Below, in pieces: positions 13,501 to 26,639 of a stretch of 64,000 nucleotides of DNA. The position numbers were made by a program, and so were the translations under genes. Each line of letters starts with the position of its first letter. Within the stretch, counting starts at the first letter, position 1. The DNA comes from Eledone cirrhosa (taxonomy: Eukaryota), in the NCBI GenBank assembly GCA_964016885.1, contig OZ024740.1:217124001-217188000 (forward strand). Direction: 5' to 3'. Below the pieces are notes generated by a model that worked only from the letters and a program-made list of their open reading frames with translations, did no database searches and was not told where the DNA came from.

Positions 13501-15074
13501 TCTTAGTTCAAATCTTGCTGTTGCTTACATGGGTGGCAGACTTATCCATTATTTTGTTTAATACCATCACTTGCCATTGGGTGCCTTCATTTTAGTCCAC
13601 ACTGATTCACACCTGCATTCAAGGCAGGTCCCTGGTTTTAAAATATCTTCCTTCCACCCACTGTACCATTCACTTTGGAGTCCCCAAAAAGAGTCACAAA
13701 TCTGCCTTTACTCCTTACTAAATGTTATTTTTGAAAGATTCATAGGTGTCTGACAACTACTCCAATCTAATAAATGATACAGACTATTGATATTCTGGTA
13801 CTTCTTTACCAAATATTTTTGAGAACAGAATCTCACGTAACCCTTTCATGACTGCATGTCTAATCAAATACACCCTATTTTAACTAATTAATGAAGAATT
13901 TTAAGGAATTTACTAAAATTATTATTTCATTAAGACATTAACTTATGTAAGGTTCTTATATAAAATTATGTTGGAAGATTCTAACTTAAATTGGAATCTT
14001 TTAAAATGTGTGGTTTTATTTCATAAAACCAGAACCAGTTTTGGCCAGGTTGGTAACTAATGGGTTAATCTTTGTTTAATAAGACATTGTCTTTACAGAT
14101 TTTTTTTCTTGTAATTAGTATAAATATAGGTATACTTGGTTTAAGGATAAATATACTGTATCGCTGCATGTGCTGTAAGAGACATCTAAAAGAGATGGCA
14201 TCATGAACAGTATCCCACAATACAATATTGCCTCAAATATTTGCCCATCCCATTCCAGCATAGAATAGTGAACATAAACATAAAAATGATGTTGGGAAGA
14301 CAATTTATGTAATAACTACTGGAACTTACTGACCGCCTTAACGGTAACTTTCACTGGTTCATTATATTGGAAGTGTCTCTATCGGTCTCACAACAGATAG
14401 TTCCCAGCCCACACCGCAAAGGGGTCATGTAGGTATCACAACAGATAGTACCCAGCCTACCGTAAAGTGGTCATATAGGTGTCACAACAAAAATCACCCT
14501 GTCCACACTGTAAATAGAAAAAAAGTCAAAACCAGTTCTGTATGAGCAAGTCATGATCATCGGGCTTGTCTCATCTCACAACGGGGCAACTCATCCAACC
14601 CGTGATAGCATGGAAAATGGACATTAAATGATGATGATGTATGTTTTACTAAACTCTTTTTAGCCATAATAGCAGAGGACATGGTAGAATTTAATGTTTG
14701 TGCCTTGAGTTGCTATTATTTTCTGTTGTATTTTTACTATAGTAATGGATAAATTAAAAGTAAAATGAAAGGAAACTGTAAAATGTCTGACAATCTTTTA
14801 CAATAGAAACAGCTCAATATTAAAGAATGTATGTTTAGAAAGCAGTGAGTGAAGTTTGAAATAGAAATAGAAGGTTTTGCTATAACATGACTAAATAAAA
14901 TAGTCTTAATAAGAGGGTGTGTAAACCAACTGAACAGAAAAATATGGGTATCTATTTCTATTTCAAACTCAGTATTAGTTTTATAGTAATCATTACTGGT
15001 TTCACTAATTATGACTTATAGTAATTATTCATATTTTCCCTAAAATTATCATTTCTATATCTTTATTCTTTCAG

Positions 15075-15381
15075 ATCCTCCCAGTACTTCCAAAGCAGCA
15101 GACACAACAAGCTTTACAACAGGCCCACATGGATCTTGCATCTCAATTACCTACAATTCCTCCTATGTCTAATGCTTCAAACGTCTCCCTTTTAACCTCC
15201 ACGCCTGCCATGAGTTTATCACCAACTACAACCTGTACATCACCTCAAATGGTCATATCTGCTGCCCATCCTGCACAATCACCTGTTCAGCAGTCACCCC
15301 AGCACCAACAGCAAGCCTCAAGTAGTGTGGGACCAATCCGTCGACGGGTATCCGACAAGTGCAATTTGCCTATCTCTGCTG
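15075..15381 (+). CDS. FoxP: FoxP internal coding exon (Q/S/P/T-rich linker ending GPIRRRVSDKCNLPISA)
   Basis: Acceptor ttctttcag|ATC; open frame ILPVLPKQQTQQALQQAHMDL...VGPIRRRVSDKCNLPISA; donor G|GTGGGT (phase 1). GPIRRR.SDK is the conserved FoxP motif upstream of the forkhead domain, and the exon joins the next one in frame (G+AA = E). Confidence 0.9.
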
Positions 15382-15689
15382 GTGGGTACAAGATAATGAA
15401 AGAGAGACACTATTATTGACATATTCTTAACAACCGACCTTGGCTGCTTTATCAAATATGGTTGCCATAGGTATTATTATAGTGTCTATTTACCTAAAGA
15501 GCATAGTTTCACTGCCTCACTTCTGACAACCACTATAGATCTATAGATTCCATCAGATTTAGAAACACTCACTAACACTTAGAATTCTACTACCTTCTTT
15601 TACTTCCTTCCAGTCTTACACAAATATTTCTATGTTTAGTAAATAGTTATTTCTTTAATGGCCACTAGTGCCAAAAATATTTTCTTCTT

Positions 15690-15900
15690 ATTGTTATTAT
15701 TGGCATCCGTCAATCTCGAAAGACCATGGATCTGTGTTTAGAGAAATTTGTGTCAGTTGCTGATGGTGGTGCAGCGTCTGCTGTGACTGCACAGTCCCAA
15801 GAGAGTGGTAGTCTTGTATACAGCGACTGCATTTAAAGATGCTCTCTTCCTCTGCTAATGCCATCCATTCTTCAAGCATGATTTTCCTCCTTAACAAGTT
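15690..15900 (-). mobile_element. RTE-type LINE 3' end fragment
   Basis: FKCSRC...HS C-terminal zinc-finger-like motif followed by CCATGGTCTTTCGAGATTGACGGATGCC, resembling RTE 3' termini. Confidence 0.5.
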
Positions 15901-16987
15901 TCATTTTCTCTTCCTCTCACTTCATGTTGAAAATATATAGTAAATAATATATTATAATGTATATTTGAAGAGAATGAGTTTCTTAGTTGTACTTGAGGTT
16001 TCTCTTAATGTTTAGAGATATGATTATATTACATAAAACAACAGAATACTATAATGTAAACTAAACAGTCATCAGTTTAAAATATATTACTCATGTTCTA
16101 CCATCCATCAGTTAACAAAACAAGACCATTGTTTTTATAATAATTAACCATTATATTTGAGTTATTAAGAAAATTAAAAGTTAAGTATATATATATATAG
16201 ATATAGTTGGTTTTAGAATAAGTACATCATATCTCTGCATGCTCTTAGAGACGTCTAAGAGTTGGCATCAGGAATGGTATCCCTCATTTTTAGCAAACTT
16301 TCTGATTAATTACTATGAATTTCTGTGATTCTAGTTGTAGATGTCATATCAATCCATATGATGGTACCGTCTTTACTAAGCCATGTGATGGTACCATCTT
16401 TACCAAACCATATGATGGTACCATATTTACTAAGCCATACATCTCACTCTCAAATTTCTCTTGAGTTATTTTCTTTTCTCTCTTTGAGACTAAAATCCTA
16501 TAACTATTTTTATATACAAAATATAAACACGTTTACTGTTTCTATAATTAGCCTTGAATTTTTGCATATAAATATAAAAGGAAACATTACCGCCTATTAG
16601 CAAGGGAGTTTATTAGACATTTAAGAGTTACCTCCCATATTTGGCTAGATTATATTCTATTGTTCTAGAGAACAAACTTTAGCATAGATTTTTTTTTTTT
16701 TTTTTTTTTTTCGTTTTCTCTAGCACGGATTGCCTTTATTTAAATGTTCTCGTGCACTTCACCCGTTAGAGTTAACTCCTACCAGATTGTTAACCCTGGA
16801 AAAGAAGAAATATTTATCTTTAGGGAATAATGGATACACCACATAACTTTGTGCTTATTATGTTTTAACAAAGTACTTAAAATTTTGAAATAATGTATAT
16901 TGGTGGTGGTGTGAATGATATATATATATTGGTGGTGGTGGGGAATAATATATATTGGTGGTGGTGGTGGTAGGGAATAATATATAT

Positions 16988-17172
16988 TAATTGTTTCTAC
17001 TTTAGGCACAAGGCCAGCAAATACCCAGTGCATTACTGGTACTTTATTTTATCGACCCCGTAAGGATGAAAGGCAAAGTAAACCTCGGCGGGATTTGAAC
17101 TCAGACCGTAAAGGGACGTAACTATGCTGGAGAGCATGGCGTCCGACTCTCTACCGATACTGCCAATCCACT
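16988..17172 (-). mobile_element. SINE family A copy
   Basis: Reverse complement of the family consensus. Confidence 0.85.
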
Positions 17173-17264
17173 ATTAATGTTAGATATGTAATCAGCTAAA
17201 TGTGTTTCATTATGATTTGTTACTTTAACACAAAGGGGAACTTAAAGTTAGAAATGAGCAATCA

Positions 17265-17629
17265 TTATTATCTGTGGAGTTGACTCAGTCTAATTACCTG
17301 TGGAGTTGACTTAGTCTAATTATCTGTGGAGTTGATTTACGGGCTCAACCACAAATCTAGTGGGACATTTGGTTTTTATTTGTCTGTCTGGGTTTATTTT
17401 ATTACAAAACTTAGGTAGAATTTATGAAAAGTAAACTTGGATATTGTAGCAGGACAGAGAAAAGGTATCTACTAATTAGTGATAGGACTTACTCTACAGG
17501 TAATTAGACTGAGTGAACTTTACAGGTAATTAGACTAAATCAACTCCACAGGTAATTAGACTAAGTCAACTCCACAGGTAATTAGACTAAGTCAACTCCA
17601 CAGGTAATTAGACTAAATCAACTCCACAG
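17265..17629. repeat. Inverted arms built of 26-bp tandem units around a ~150-bp spacer
   Basis: TAATTACCTGTGGAGTTGACTTAGTC about x3 (17265-17337) versus ACAGGTAATTAGACTAAGTCAACTCC about x5 (17496-17629). Confidence 0.85.
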
Positions 17630-18489
17630 GAGACTTCTGGGACCACCTCCCTACTCACCACCATCGACACAGAGCTGGCTACCTGTAGCCGTGGAGACTT
17701 CTGGTGTCCTTGGCCCTGAGACCACTACCGAGAGAGACAGAGTCATTGATTTCACCAGCATTGCTGAAATATTTTGTGAAGAATAATTATATAAGAAAAG
17801 GCTACACGGTTGTTTTGATTCTGGTGATCATATACTTTGAATGAAGTCATTATTTTGGAATAATTAAAGGAAAGCATTTTAAAAGTGTGCATAGGTAACT
17901 TAGTTGATACACCTTAGTATGAGTATGTATGTGTGTAATGCAAGTGTGAGAAAAAGAGTCATTAAACTTGACATGTTTGTAATTAAAAGCTAGTATTCAT
18001 TTCACTAGTGCTGTATTGAATCTACAAACTGGAAATTAAAATTTCATAGGAGGCCAAGTCCACCTTGTTCAATGAAAAGTAAAGGCAGTGTATGTCTGAT
18101 AGCTGTTATTTAGCTTGTTAAGCTGAGATTTTTTTTTTTTTTTTTTTTTTATTATTATTTTGTACTGTGTCTTGATGAGAGTTGACCAGTGCTATTCTGA
18201 CTTATTATCATATGATGGCTCCTTCAGTGATGTCATTATAGCATATCTGCCTATGAAACCCACCACTTTTAATATTTGCTTTTTAATCTTGTGTCTCTGC
18301 AATGACATTTTTTATAATTTGTTTCCATTTTGAATGAAAGTTTTGGTATTAGAAAAATAAAAGTATTATTTCTTTGTTCTTATAATGTTTCCATTCTTCA
18401 GTTTAAATATTTACTGAAGTTTTTCACTCCAGTTTTCATTACAATAAGCCAATGAGAGCTTAGTTTTCATCTGGATAGTGTTTCCTGTC

Positions 18490-18632
18490 TATCTATCAAT
18501 AGTAAATTTCCTATACCCAACTACCAACTATAGTTAAGTCTATCAATAGTAAATTTCCTATACCCAACTACTAGCTGTAGTTAAGTCTATCTATCAATAG
18601 TAAATTTCCTATACCTAACTACCAGCTATAGT
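18490..18632. repeat. ~47-51 bp tandem repeat, three copies
   Basis: TCTATCAATAGTAAATTTCCTATACCCAACTAC... repeated. Confidence 0.85.
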
Positions 18633-20160
18633 TCAGAAATTTACTGAGGTGTATAAAATTAGATGAATGAATCAAATAGAAATCACAATGCTTAAAGTAG
18701 ATTTTATTTGAAGTCTCATATAATAATTCTACTTGTCTCACTTTGACTTCAGATGCATTAACAAGCAACTAAGTCATTCAAATGAAAATATTCTCTATAT
18801 TATAGTTGCAATGGGTTAATAATAATAATTATTGAAACTGCGATATTTCATATAACACATTTTATTTTAGTTACGAAATATAATGAAAGCAAAGTTTTAG
18901 ACATGTCTAACTAGATTTCTTACTAAACCTTCCAATTTAAACCACACAAAACTGCTATATTTGTAATGTTATTGATAAATTCGTTTTTATAACAGTAATA
19001 ATGTATTGGATTCGATAAAGTACTTTTTCATGTGTTGCTGTTGTTGTTGTTATTATTATTACAGGTCAGTGGGTGCTATCATACTTGGTGTAGTAAGCTA
19101 TGGGCACTAGTATGGACAAATGCTTAATAAGTTTGCTTACAATAATAATATCCAGGGCTTGATCCAACTCTATGGCAACTTAGTCAAGTGCATTTTTCTA
19201 TAGCATCGAGTTGCCCCAAACCTTGTGAGTGAAACTGGATAAATAGAGACTGTGAAGACCCACCTTATAGACTGTACCTGTAATTGTAATTGAAAGAGTC
19301 AGCCTTGCCATACACACTGATTTACCTTGGTGATTAACTCAAAGGTACACATGGAATACTGAGTCACTTACGTAGTCAATGAGTAAGCAGTTCAGTTGAT
19401 CAAACAACTGTAATATTGTGAAAACTGGTGGAGAATCAATTTATATCCATTTTTAGTAATCCAAGCCTGTGAAGAGCAGATTCAATAGAATGGTGAACAT
19501 CTTGTGGTATTTACTTGTATCCATTTATGGTCTCAGTTCAAATCCTACCAAGGTTGATTTTGCCTTTCAACCTTCCCAGGGTCAATAAAATAAAGTACCA
19601 TTCAAAAATTGGAGTTGGTTTACTAGATTGTTCCCCTCCCAACAAAATCTCTAGCCATGAGCTTAATGTAGAAGCAATCATCATCATTAGCGTCATTACT
19701 ATCACCATCATCATCATCATCATCATCACCACCACTATCACCAGGAAGAAGTTGATGATGTCAGTTTGGCAGATTTAGATAAACTTTGTTTTGTTCAACT
19801 TCATTCTGAATTTAAATCTTCCCAACATCAACTTTGCCCTTTCATTTCTCTACCATCAGTAAATAACATTCCAGTAATATTCTAGGGGTTGACACAACCC
19901 CTCAAACATTGATTTGTGCATATTAATACAAAAAAATGAAAGCAAACATTATTTTTAGATTAATTAGATTTTTATTTCTTTTGTTTATTTCTTTTATTTT
20001 AATTTTGATTGTTTTTTTAGCTTTAATTTCTTTTTAAAGTTAGATTTTTATTTTTGCTTGTTTTCCTTTTTTTAATCTATTATTTCCAAGGCCGTTTTAT
20101 TTTTCGTTTTTGTTCTAGGAATGCAGAGAGACATGGAGAACGCATTTCTTTCTTTTGTAG

Positions 20161-20237
20161 AAATCCAGAGAAATCGAGAATTTTACCGAACAACAGACGT
20201 CCGACCACCATTCACATATGCCTCTCTCATTCGTCAG
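20161..20237 (+). CDS. FoxP: FoxP exon, start of forkhead domain (EIQRNREFYRTTDVRPPFTYASLIRQ)
   Basis: Acceptor tcttttgtag|AA, donor CAG|GTAGGT; peptide matches the FoxP signature VRPPFTYASLIRQ. An in-frame alternative acceptor lies at 20119. Confidence 0.96.
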
Positions 20238-20285
20238 GTAGGTTTCACTTCAGATGACACATTTAGGAACTGGTGCTACACATTC

Positions 20286-20334
<49 letters not shown>

Positions 20335-20419
20335 ATCTGACTCTACTCTCTCTCTCCAGTCTACACATTTCAGTATTTTCCTTCCCTTTATATTGTTTTA
20401 CTCTGAGGTGAATGTAATA

Positions 20420-21900
20420 CAAACAGATATACACATAACATTAAACCCATCAGAAAACTCATCTTGAAACTTAAACTCTACAGGATTTAAACAGTGACAT
20501 CATGATATATGTACAAGATTCAGAAAGGTAATACCACCAAATTAAAAGCTAAATTCAACACACTAATTAAAGTGATAAACAGACAAACAAACACCTGTCC
20601 CTCCCTATTTACCCTGTATTGAAGGTGAATTCACCCCACATTTATCTAAAGAACAATATAAAATGTACAAATGAAACAAGCCCTTTCTGATTCATATTTT
20701 AAATACACCGACATACAAGATCACCAATCATCATTTTATCTATGTTACAGTTTAAATATCAAACAATAAACATTGGAGAGATGAAGTATATGGTCATACA
20801 AAGGGTTCTCAAGGTTCTTAAAGGGAACAAAGTAAATGGTTACATTAAATTTCCACACAGAAACAAAATGTCATTGGTAAAATCTCTTTATAGAAGAGCA
20901 GCTTTAAGATTCTTTCCACAAACGAAGCCATCACTAGAAAAATAAATCCACAGAATAAAAGAAACACTAACCAATAACATATATTTTAACAAAATAAATC
21001 ATGATATTGAATAATATAGGAAGAAATAGAATGCAACAGATACATCAACCATGACGCCTATTAGATCTGCAGACACAAATAACACATAAATAATATGAAT
21101 AAAATTCATATGAACCATGGAATAGATGAACATTGTGTGAAAAATGTTGTAGTAAGAAACTCTCAGACAGCACAAGGTCTTCAGAGAAGAAACCCACCTC
21201 AAGTAAGTGTTTCGGCCCTTAATTTCTTACACTCTAAGGGGGCCAATCATGACTCCTGAGTACCCTTCTGCTGCTATTTAGCCATTTGGATATCGGAAAC
21301 TTGTGTATTTAAAGTATATGGAGATTTTGTTGACAGGATCTAGTTGGAACTTCTTTCCGTTGCTTCTGTTTTCAACAAACTTTATCCACAATTAAACAAT
21401 CATATAAACCCAAGAAAAATCTACAAATGACCAACATGATTTATAAGTTTGATTATAATAGTGAAAGTCCATAATTCCAACAGTTTTATTTGCTATACAA
21501 ATATAAAACTTTCCCCGTTGTCTCACCATGCACTTACAAGGAATAATCAGAAGGTAATGTGCCAGAAAACACAAAACAAAACTAAAGAGGAAGACTTTAG
21601 TGGACAAGACATCCATATTCTACAGAATTCCTTACAAAAATAGATGATTAATGATGGAAGCAACTCACATAATGTTGCAACATATACCAGTTGCAAACTA
21701 AAATATACACTTGACTGATGATCTATTAACCTAAAGGTAAAAAGGTGAAATTCCATCCATAATGTCTACATCTATTACAGCTCTGCCTGCTATAAAGAGG
21801 CTGTAATACTTACCAGTATCATTTTGTCCTGAAGATGAGACTATAGAGATCATGAAACACTTGATGTATTTAAAAAGTTTTCAGTTCTAAAGAAACCAAA
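20420..21900 (+). mobile_element. Highly degenerate Penelope-like element (RT C-terminus and GIY-YIG endonuclease remnants)
   Basis: KMSLVKSLYRRA (RT thumb-like), NSFICYTNIKLS (GIY-YIG-like) and LMMEATHIMLQHIPVAN (EA..I....P..N terminal motif); many stops. Confidence 0.5.
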
Positions 21901-23989
21901 GAACTCATAACAAAACAGGAAGAAAAACCTTGGTAAAAAATATGAAATTTGGGCAGTCATGTTTTTAATACCAAATGTTTAAAAGAAAAAATTTTCCCCC
22001 CATAACTATATGGAAACATTCTTGTATCCCAGATAGTTATGGATAACTTGCTAATAACACCTGTAAAAGTTGTTACAAATTCTTGGCCTTACCATGATTG
22101 TTGATATTTCCTAGTAATCTCACACCCTAAACATAATAATGATTGGATTACAGATACTGGTCCTTCTCTTCAGAGGCAGAAATACATCAATCCCTAACTA
22201 ATTTTCTCCTGTATAAAGCTTAGATAACATTAACATATATCCTCACCTGCATTCTGAAATAGGCCACCAGACTGATTGGCATTAATTACCAATATATGGT
22301 CCCTTCTTTTAACTTTTGTATTGCTACAGGCTGCACTTCCCCTTGGTAATATGTCACCTCCAGCAGGCCTTCTTTGAATCACTTCTCTTGCCTTCTGTTG
22401 TCTCATTATATTTGGTCTCCCAGACCTTTCTACCAAGCACCCTATGAAATTTAGCCCCTGTCCATGTTTTTTTCATGCAATCATTGAATTGAAGCTGTTT
22501 AAAAAGAACCTCAACCAAATTAGTTTCACCGGTCATTGAGGGCCTACAAAGGGCATCTGTATGAACCCTACCTCCAGCCTAAAACATTTTTTTTAAATGT
22601 GTGGGTAATGGATAATTTCCTGAATGAAAGAAATGAGGTAGCAAATTTGCAAAATTATTAGACTAAAATCTGTCTCAAGCTCGGAGGCTCATCAGGCTGG
22701 TGCTTGTCCTAGTTTCCATAGCATGAAGCAATTGAGAGTACAAGACTCCCCTTGGACAGAATGCTAATCCGTCACAGAGTTAAATCCCCAACTATTTCAT
22801 TTTCAGTTGAGTAAACTGGAGCAACATGAAATGAAGTGTTTTGCTCAAGAACACTACACATAACCCAGTCGAGGATATCATGATCATAGGTGCAATACAC
22901 TTACCACTATGCACCTCCATTGTTTTATTAGAGCATTGAATTAAATGCTTCATAATCTGTTCTGGTTATCTGTGCTTTGTATTTAAATCTCACCAAGGTC
23001 AATGTTACCTTTCATTTTGTTTTTTCTAGTATCAATAAATAAGGTTATCAGTCGAGGGTTACAGTGGATTAATGAAATTGTTAAAGTGTCAGAGAATACT
23101 TTGTAGAATCTGTTTCAAATCTGTGCATTCTGGGTTCAAATAGCATCACCAGGTGATGTTTCTACCAGATGTTTGACCATCAGGTGGTATTGGCAAAAGA
23201 AGACCAATGGAAACATTGTTTCCTTAGTTTGATTTTATGATGGACTCCTTTCTTTCGAATAAAACAGAAAACTTACTGGAAGAATCAAATTCATTGAATA
23301 AATATTTCAACAGTACTTTTCCTTCAATGTAGTTTATCCTGTTTTTAAAAGACACTTTCAATTATTTGTGTATATTTTGTATAATATATATATAACCCAC
23401 TTTTTACTATTAACTGCTCACTTTCCTGACATTTGTACATAATTCTATGTACTATACATGCACCTTTGATGAGTTGTAGTGCACCTGAGCACTGTACACA
23501 ACAATTTTTATTATTATTATATAATAGGTTGACTTTGCCTTTATTATTATTATAATTGCCTTTCATCCTTATGGGGTCGATAAAATAAAGCACCAGTAAT
23601 GCACTGGGTAATTGCTGGCCTTGTGCCTAAAGTAGAAACAATTATTATTATATAACTCTTCACTTTAAAATACCCTTTCAGCCTATAAGCCCCATCTATA
23701 AATAACCGCACCTCCACCCTCTATTTCTAATACCATTATGCCTCTTCTCCTACCCCATTCCTACTCACTAACCACATCCACTCTACTTCCTTCTCCTGAC
23801 CCCTTGCCTGTCTGGGTAAACTTACCACTGTCTGTCCCCACAAATTCCTCCTCAACCAAAGCACTACCAAGACCAGTGACCTATTTTTTCATACCCTACA
23901 AATATTACTACACCCTTGAAAAAGCTTGCTGAACATACAAGCCGAAACCACTTGCCGCCGCAGTCGGAATTTTACATATATCTATCTAT

Positions 23990-24910
23990 CGCGCTCACAG
24001 CTCTCTGGCAGGCGGACCTGGCGATCAGTGGAGACTCCACTTCGTCATTCTATAGAGGGTTGATCCGCAGCAAGTGCGACGACGTGCTCGGTGAAACTCT
24101 AGGCGTAGAGGAGGACGAACTGGCCAGTCTGTTCGGTAGGACCTTCCGCCCGGGACCGATGGACAACTTCCAAAAGTCCCTGGCCTGGCAGCACTACCGA
24201 GGAGCTCTACCAGTTTGAGACAAGCTCTACAGACATGGGCGCCCGGGCAGGGACCCTGCAAAAAAGATCTGTCCGAGGTGCATGCGAGGCGAAGAAACCG
24301 TCGTGCACGCATTCATACACTGCCCGGGCGTCACCGACCTGTGGGGCTTTGTAGAACGACTATTGTCGCCGGTGGGACCAATCCGGTTGACCAACGAGTC
24401 TATTGTCATGATCAAACCGCCACCCTCCTTCAAAAACGAAGGAGAGGCGGTTTTCCTTTGTGTGATAGCTATGGCGAAAGAGGTTGAAAGGGCTGAGGTC
24501 AGACACCTTTCTCTCCGGCCAACAACTGATTCTTTTTTTTCAAATACCACTTTGGAAGAAGAATCAGGATGGAGAGAGAGGTGCTGTACCCCAGCAAGTT
24601 TTATGAAAGGTGGGTGAAAGTGGCGAGAATGGCCCAAGTGAATGGGCCTTCTCTCTATATCAGCCTGTAGATTGAGGAAAAAGAGGAGGAGAGGAAGGGA
24701 GTACAAACTCTTCGTACTCCTGGAGATGAGGGTTGCACATTTTTTTTCGGGGGTATGTGTTACGCATATGAAATGTCTCCTCCTATTGGGGAAAATCGAC
24801 TAATTTTTAAATTGCATTTGTGATAATATTTTACACGTTTCTATTGTATGCAAACTTCCCCCTTTGTATTTGTCCCCTTCTTTTGTGCCCCTGTGGCTAA
24901 TAGAGAAACA
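23990..24910 (+). mobile_element. Tx1/L1-like LINE ORF2 3' fragment (zf-RVT region) with 3' UTR
   Basis: GC-rich island; KSLAWQHYRGALPV*DKL...CPRCMRGEETVVHAFIHCPGVTDLW, a C-x2-C...H-x4-C zf-RVT pattern; stop and frameshift present. Confidence 0.75.
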
Positions 24911-24934
24911 TATCTATCTATCTATATATATATA

Positions 24935-25423
24935 TGATAAATTCCTACCTCACACACTTACACCTCTCCAAGACAATGTCACTGCACCGAGATCTTTGGC
25001 GCTACGCAGTAATACAGAAGACCCGCCTTGCCTAAGTGCAAAGCGAAACCTACAGTCAGTAGGCACCTCTTAACCAAAATACACCTCCGTCCCACTAGCC
25101 CCACCCCATCCACACCACCCCTTTTCGATGTAAAGTTATGTTGGTACCATAACATCCAGTCCTAAACAAATGAGGTTGTGTAGGTGTCACGACAAAAAAA
25201 ACACACAGTCCACGCTGTAATGTGGCCGTGTAGGTAACACAATAAAAACCTCCCAGTCCACACTGTAAATGTGGTTGGTGTTAGGAAGGGCATCTAGTCG
25301 TAGAAAACCCGCCAGAGAGTCCTACACGAGCAAGACAACCAATCTTGCCTCAAGTGGGAAAAATCCCGTCCAAACCCATGCTAGCGTGGAAGATGGACGT
25401 TAAACGATGATGATGATGATGAT
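24935..25423 (+). mobile_element. Second copy of the RTE LINE 3' end
   Basis: High similarity to 1862-2329 including the (GAT)n tail; ~24-bp indel relative to the first copy. Confidence 0.9.
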
Positions 25424-25430
25424 ATATATA

Positions 25431-25582
25431 TATATTTATTATTTGTACAGATTAAATTTTGAGCAAAGAATCCCTGCGTTCACCCTTTTACGGGATCTTC
25501 TGATACAGTTTCAAAAGATCCCATAAAAGGATGAAAGCAGCAATTCTTTGCTCAAACTTTATTCTGTACGAATAATAAATAT
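25431..25582. repeat. ~150-bp imperfect palindrome (hairpin MITE-like)
   Basis: TATTTATTATTTGTACAGA...TTTGAGCAAAGAAT...GGGATCTT pairs with AAGATCCC...ATTCTTTGCTCAAA...TCTGTACGAATAATAAATA. Confidence 0.85.
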
Positions 25583-25858
25583 TTGCTCTTTGGGTTTTTT
25601 ATATACATATAATACATATATAATCCTTATCGAACCCTCTTCGGATTTTAGTTTTCACAATTACTATTACTAGATATGTGTTCACATGTCGACGTGCGTC
25701 TACATGTGAACCCATATCTGAGGAGCTTCCGATTCCAGAGTCAGGATCGAACATTAATCGATCATTCCTTGAGCTGATCGGCAGTGAAACATATGTAATC
25801 ATCATCATCATATGTAATTAAATATGTATATGATGCAACACTGATTCTTTATTCCCTT

Positions 25859-25900
<42 letters not shown>

Positions 25901-26068
25901 GCTGTTATGATAAGTGAGTAACTTCAGTAAAACTTGAAAGTAAACAATCACTTTCAAAGTCTAAAAACAATATATGACTCCTTAATTTATTACATGTGAC
26001 CAGTCATACCTTTACTACTATAATCTATAATCTTGTATGACCAGTTTCTGTCTTTCTTATAATTCCAG

Positions 26069-26170
26069 GCCATTATAGAATCTCCACATCGACAACTAAC
26101 ATTGAGTGAAATCTACCAGTGGTTTGCGAACACATTTGCTTATTTCCGACGGAATGAAGCAACGTGGAAG
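26069..26170 (+). CDS. FoxP: FoxP forkhead exon ([34 protein letters not shown])
   Basis: Acceptor aattccag|GCC, donor AAG|GTAAAT, 102 nt, phase 0/0; typical FoxP helix 2 region. Too short for the ORF track; translated by hand. Confidence 0.96.
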
Positions 26171-26639
26171 GTAAATATCAAAGATTTTTCTTTAACTTCA
26201 TAATTTATGTTTTATCATAAATATTAATGTGTTTGTTAAACTTCAACACTGCATTCATATGCAAATGTTTCTTTTCTTTCTCTTTCTTCCTATATATTGT
26301 ATGTATATTGGAGTTTATTTCCTTCTGATTAACAAATTGTTTACTTTGAAATTAAACATTCTAAATACACGTTGCTCTACCAACCTTAGTATTATATATT
26401 TACATATATATTTATTTATTTATATATTGCAGATTCAATAGAATACAAATCTGTGTAGGTTTTTCTTCAATGCATACAGATATTCATTCTTATTATGAAT
26501 AGTGATTTGTTAAGCCACTATTTATAATATTAATGTTATTTTTGTGCTAAATTGATAATTTATTGTAGATCAACAGTGTTGTGGTTGACATTAAACTTTT
26601 TAAAGAATTCCAAATTAGCAATAAGATAAATGTATAATT

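Noticed and set aside
15386-15419. Alternative donor at 15386 or read-through of the ORF to 15419
   Set aside because: The 15386 donor gives phase 2, incompatible with either acceptor of the next exon; the ORF tail is intron read-through.
22230-22590. Short minus-strand ORFs
   Set aside because: No recognisable motif; probably decayed TE sequence that I cannot classify.
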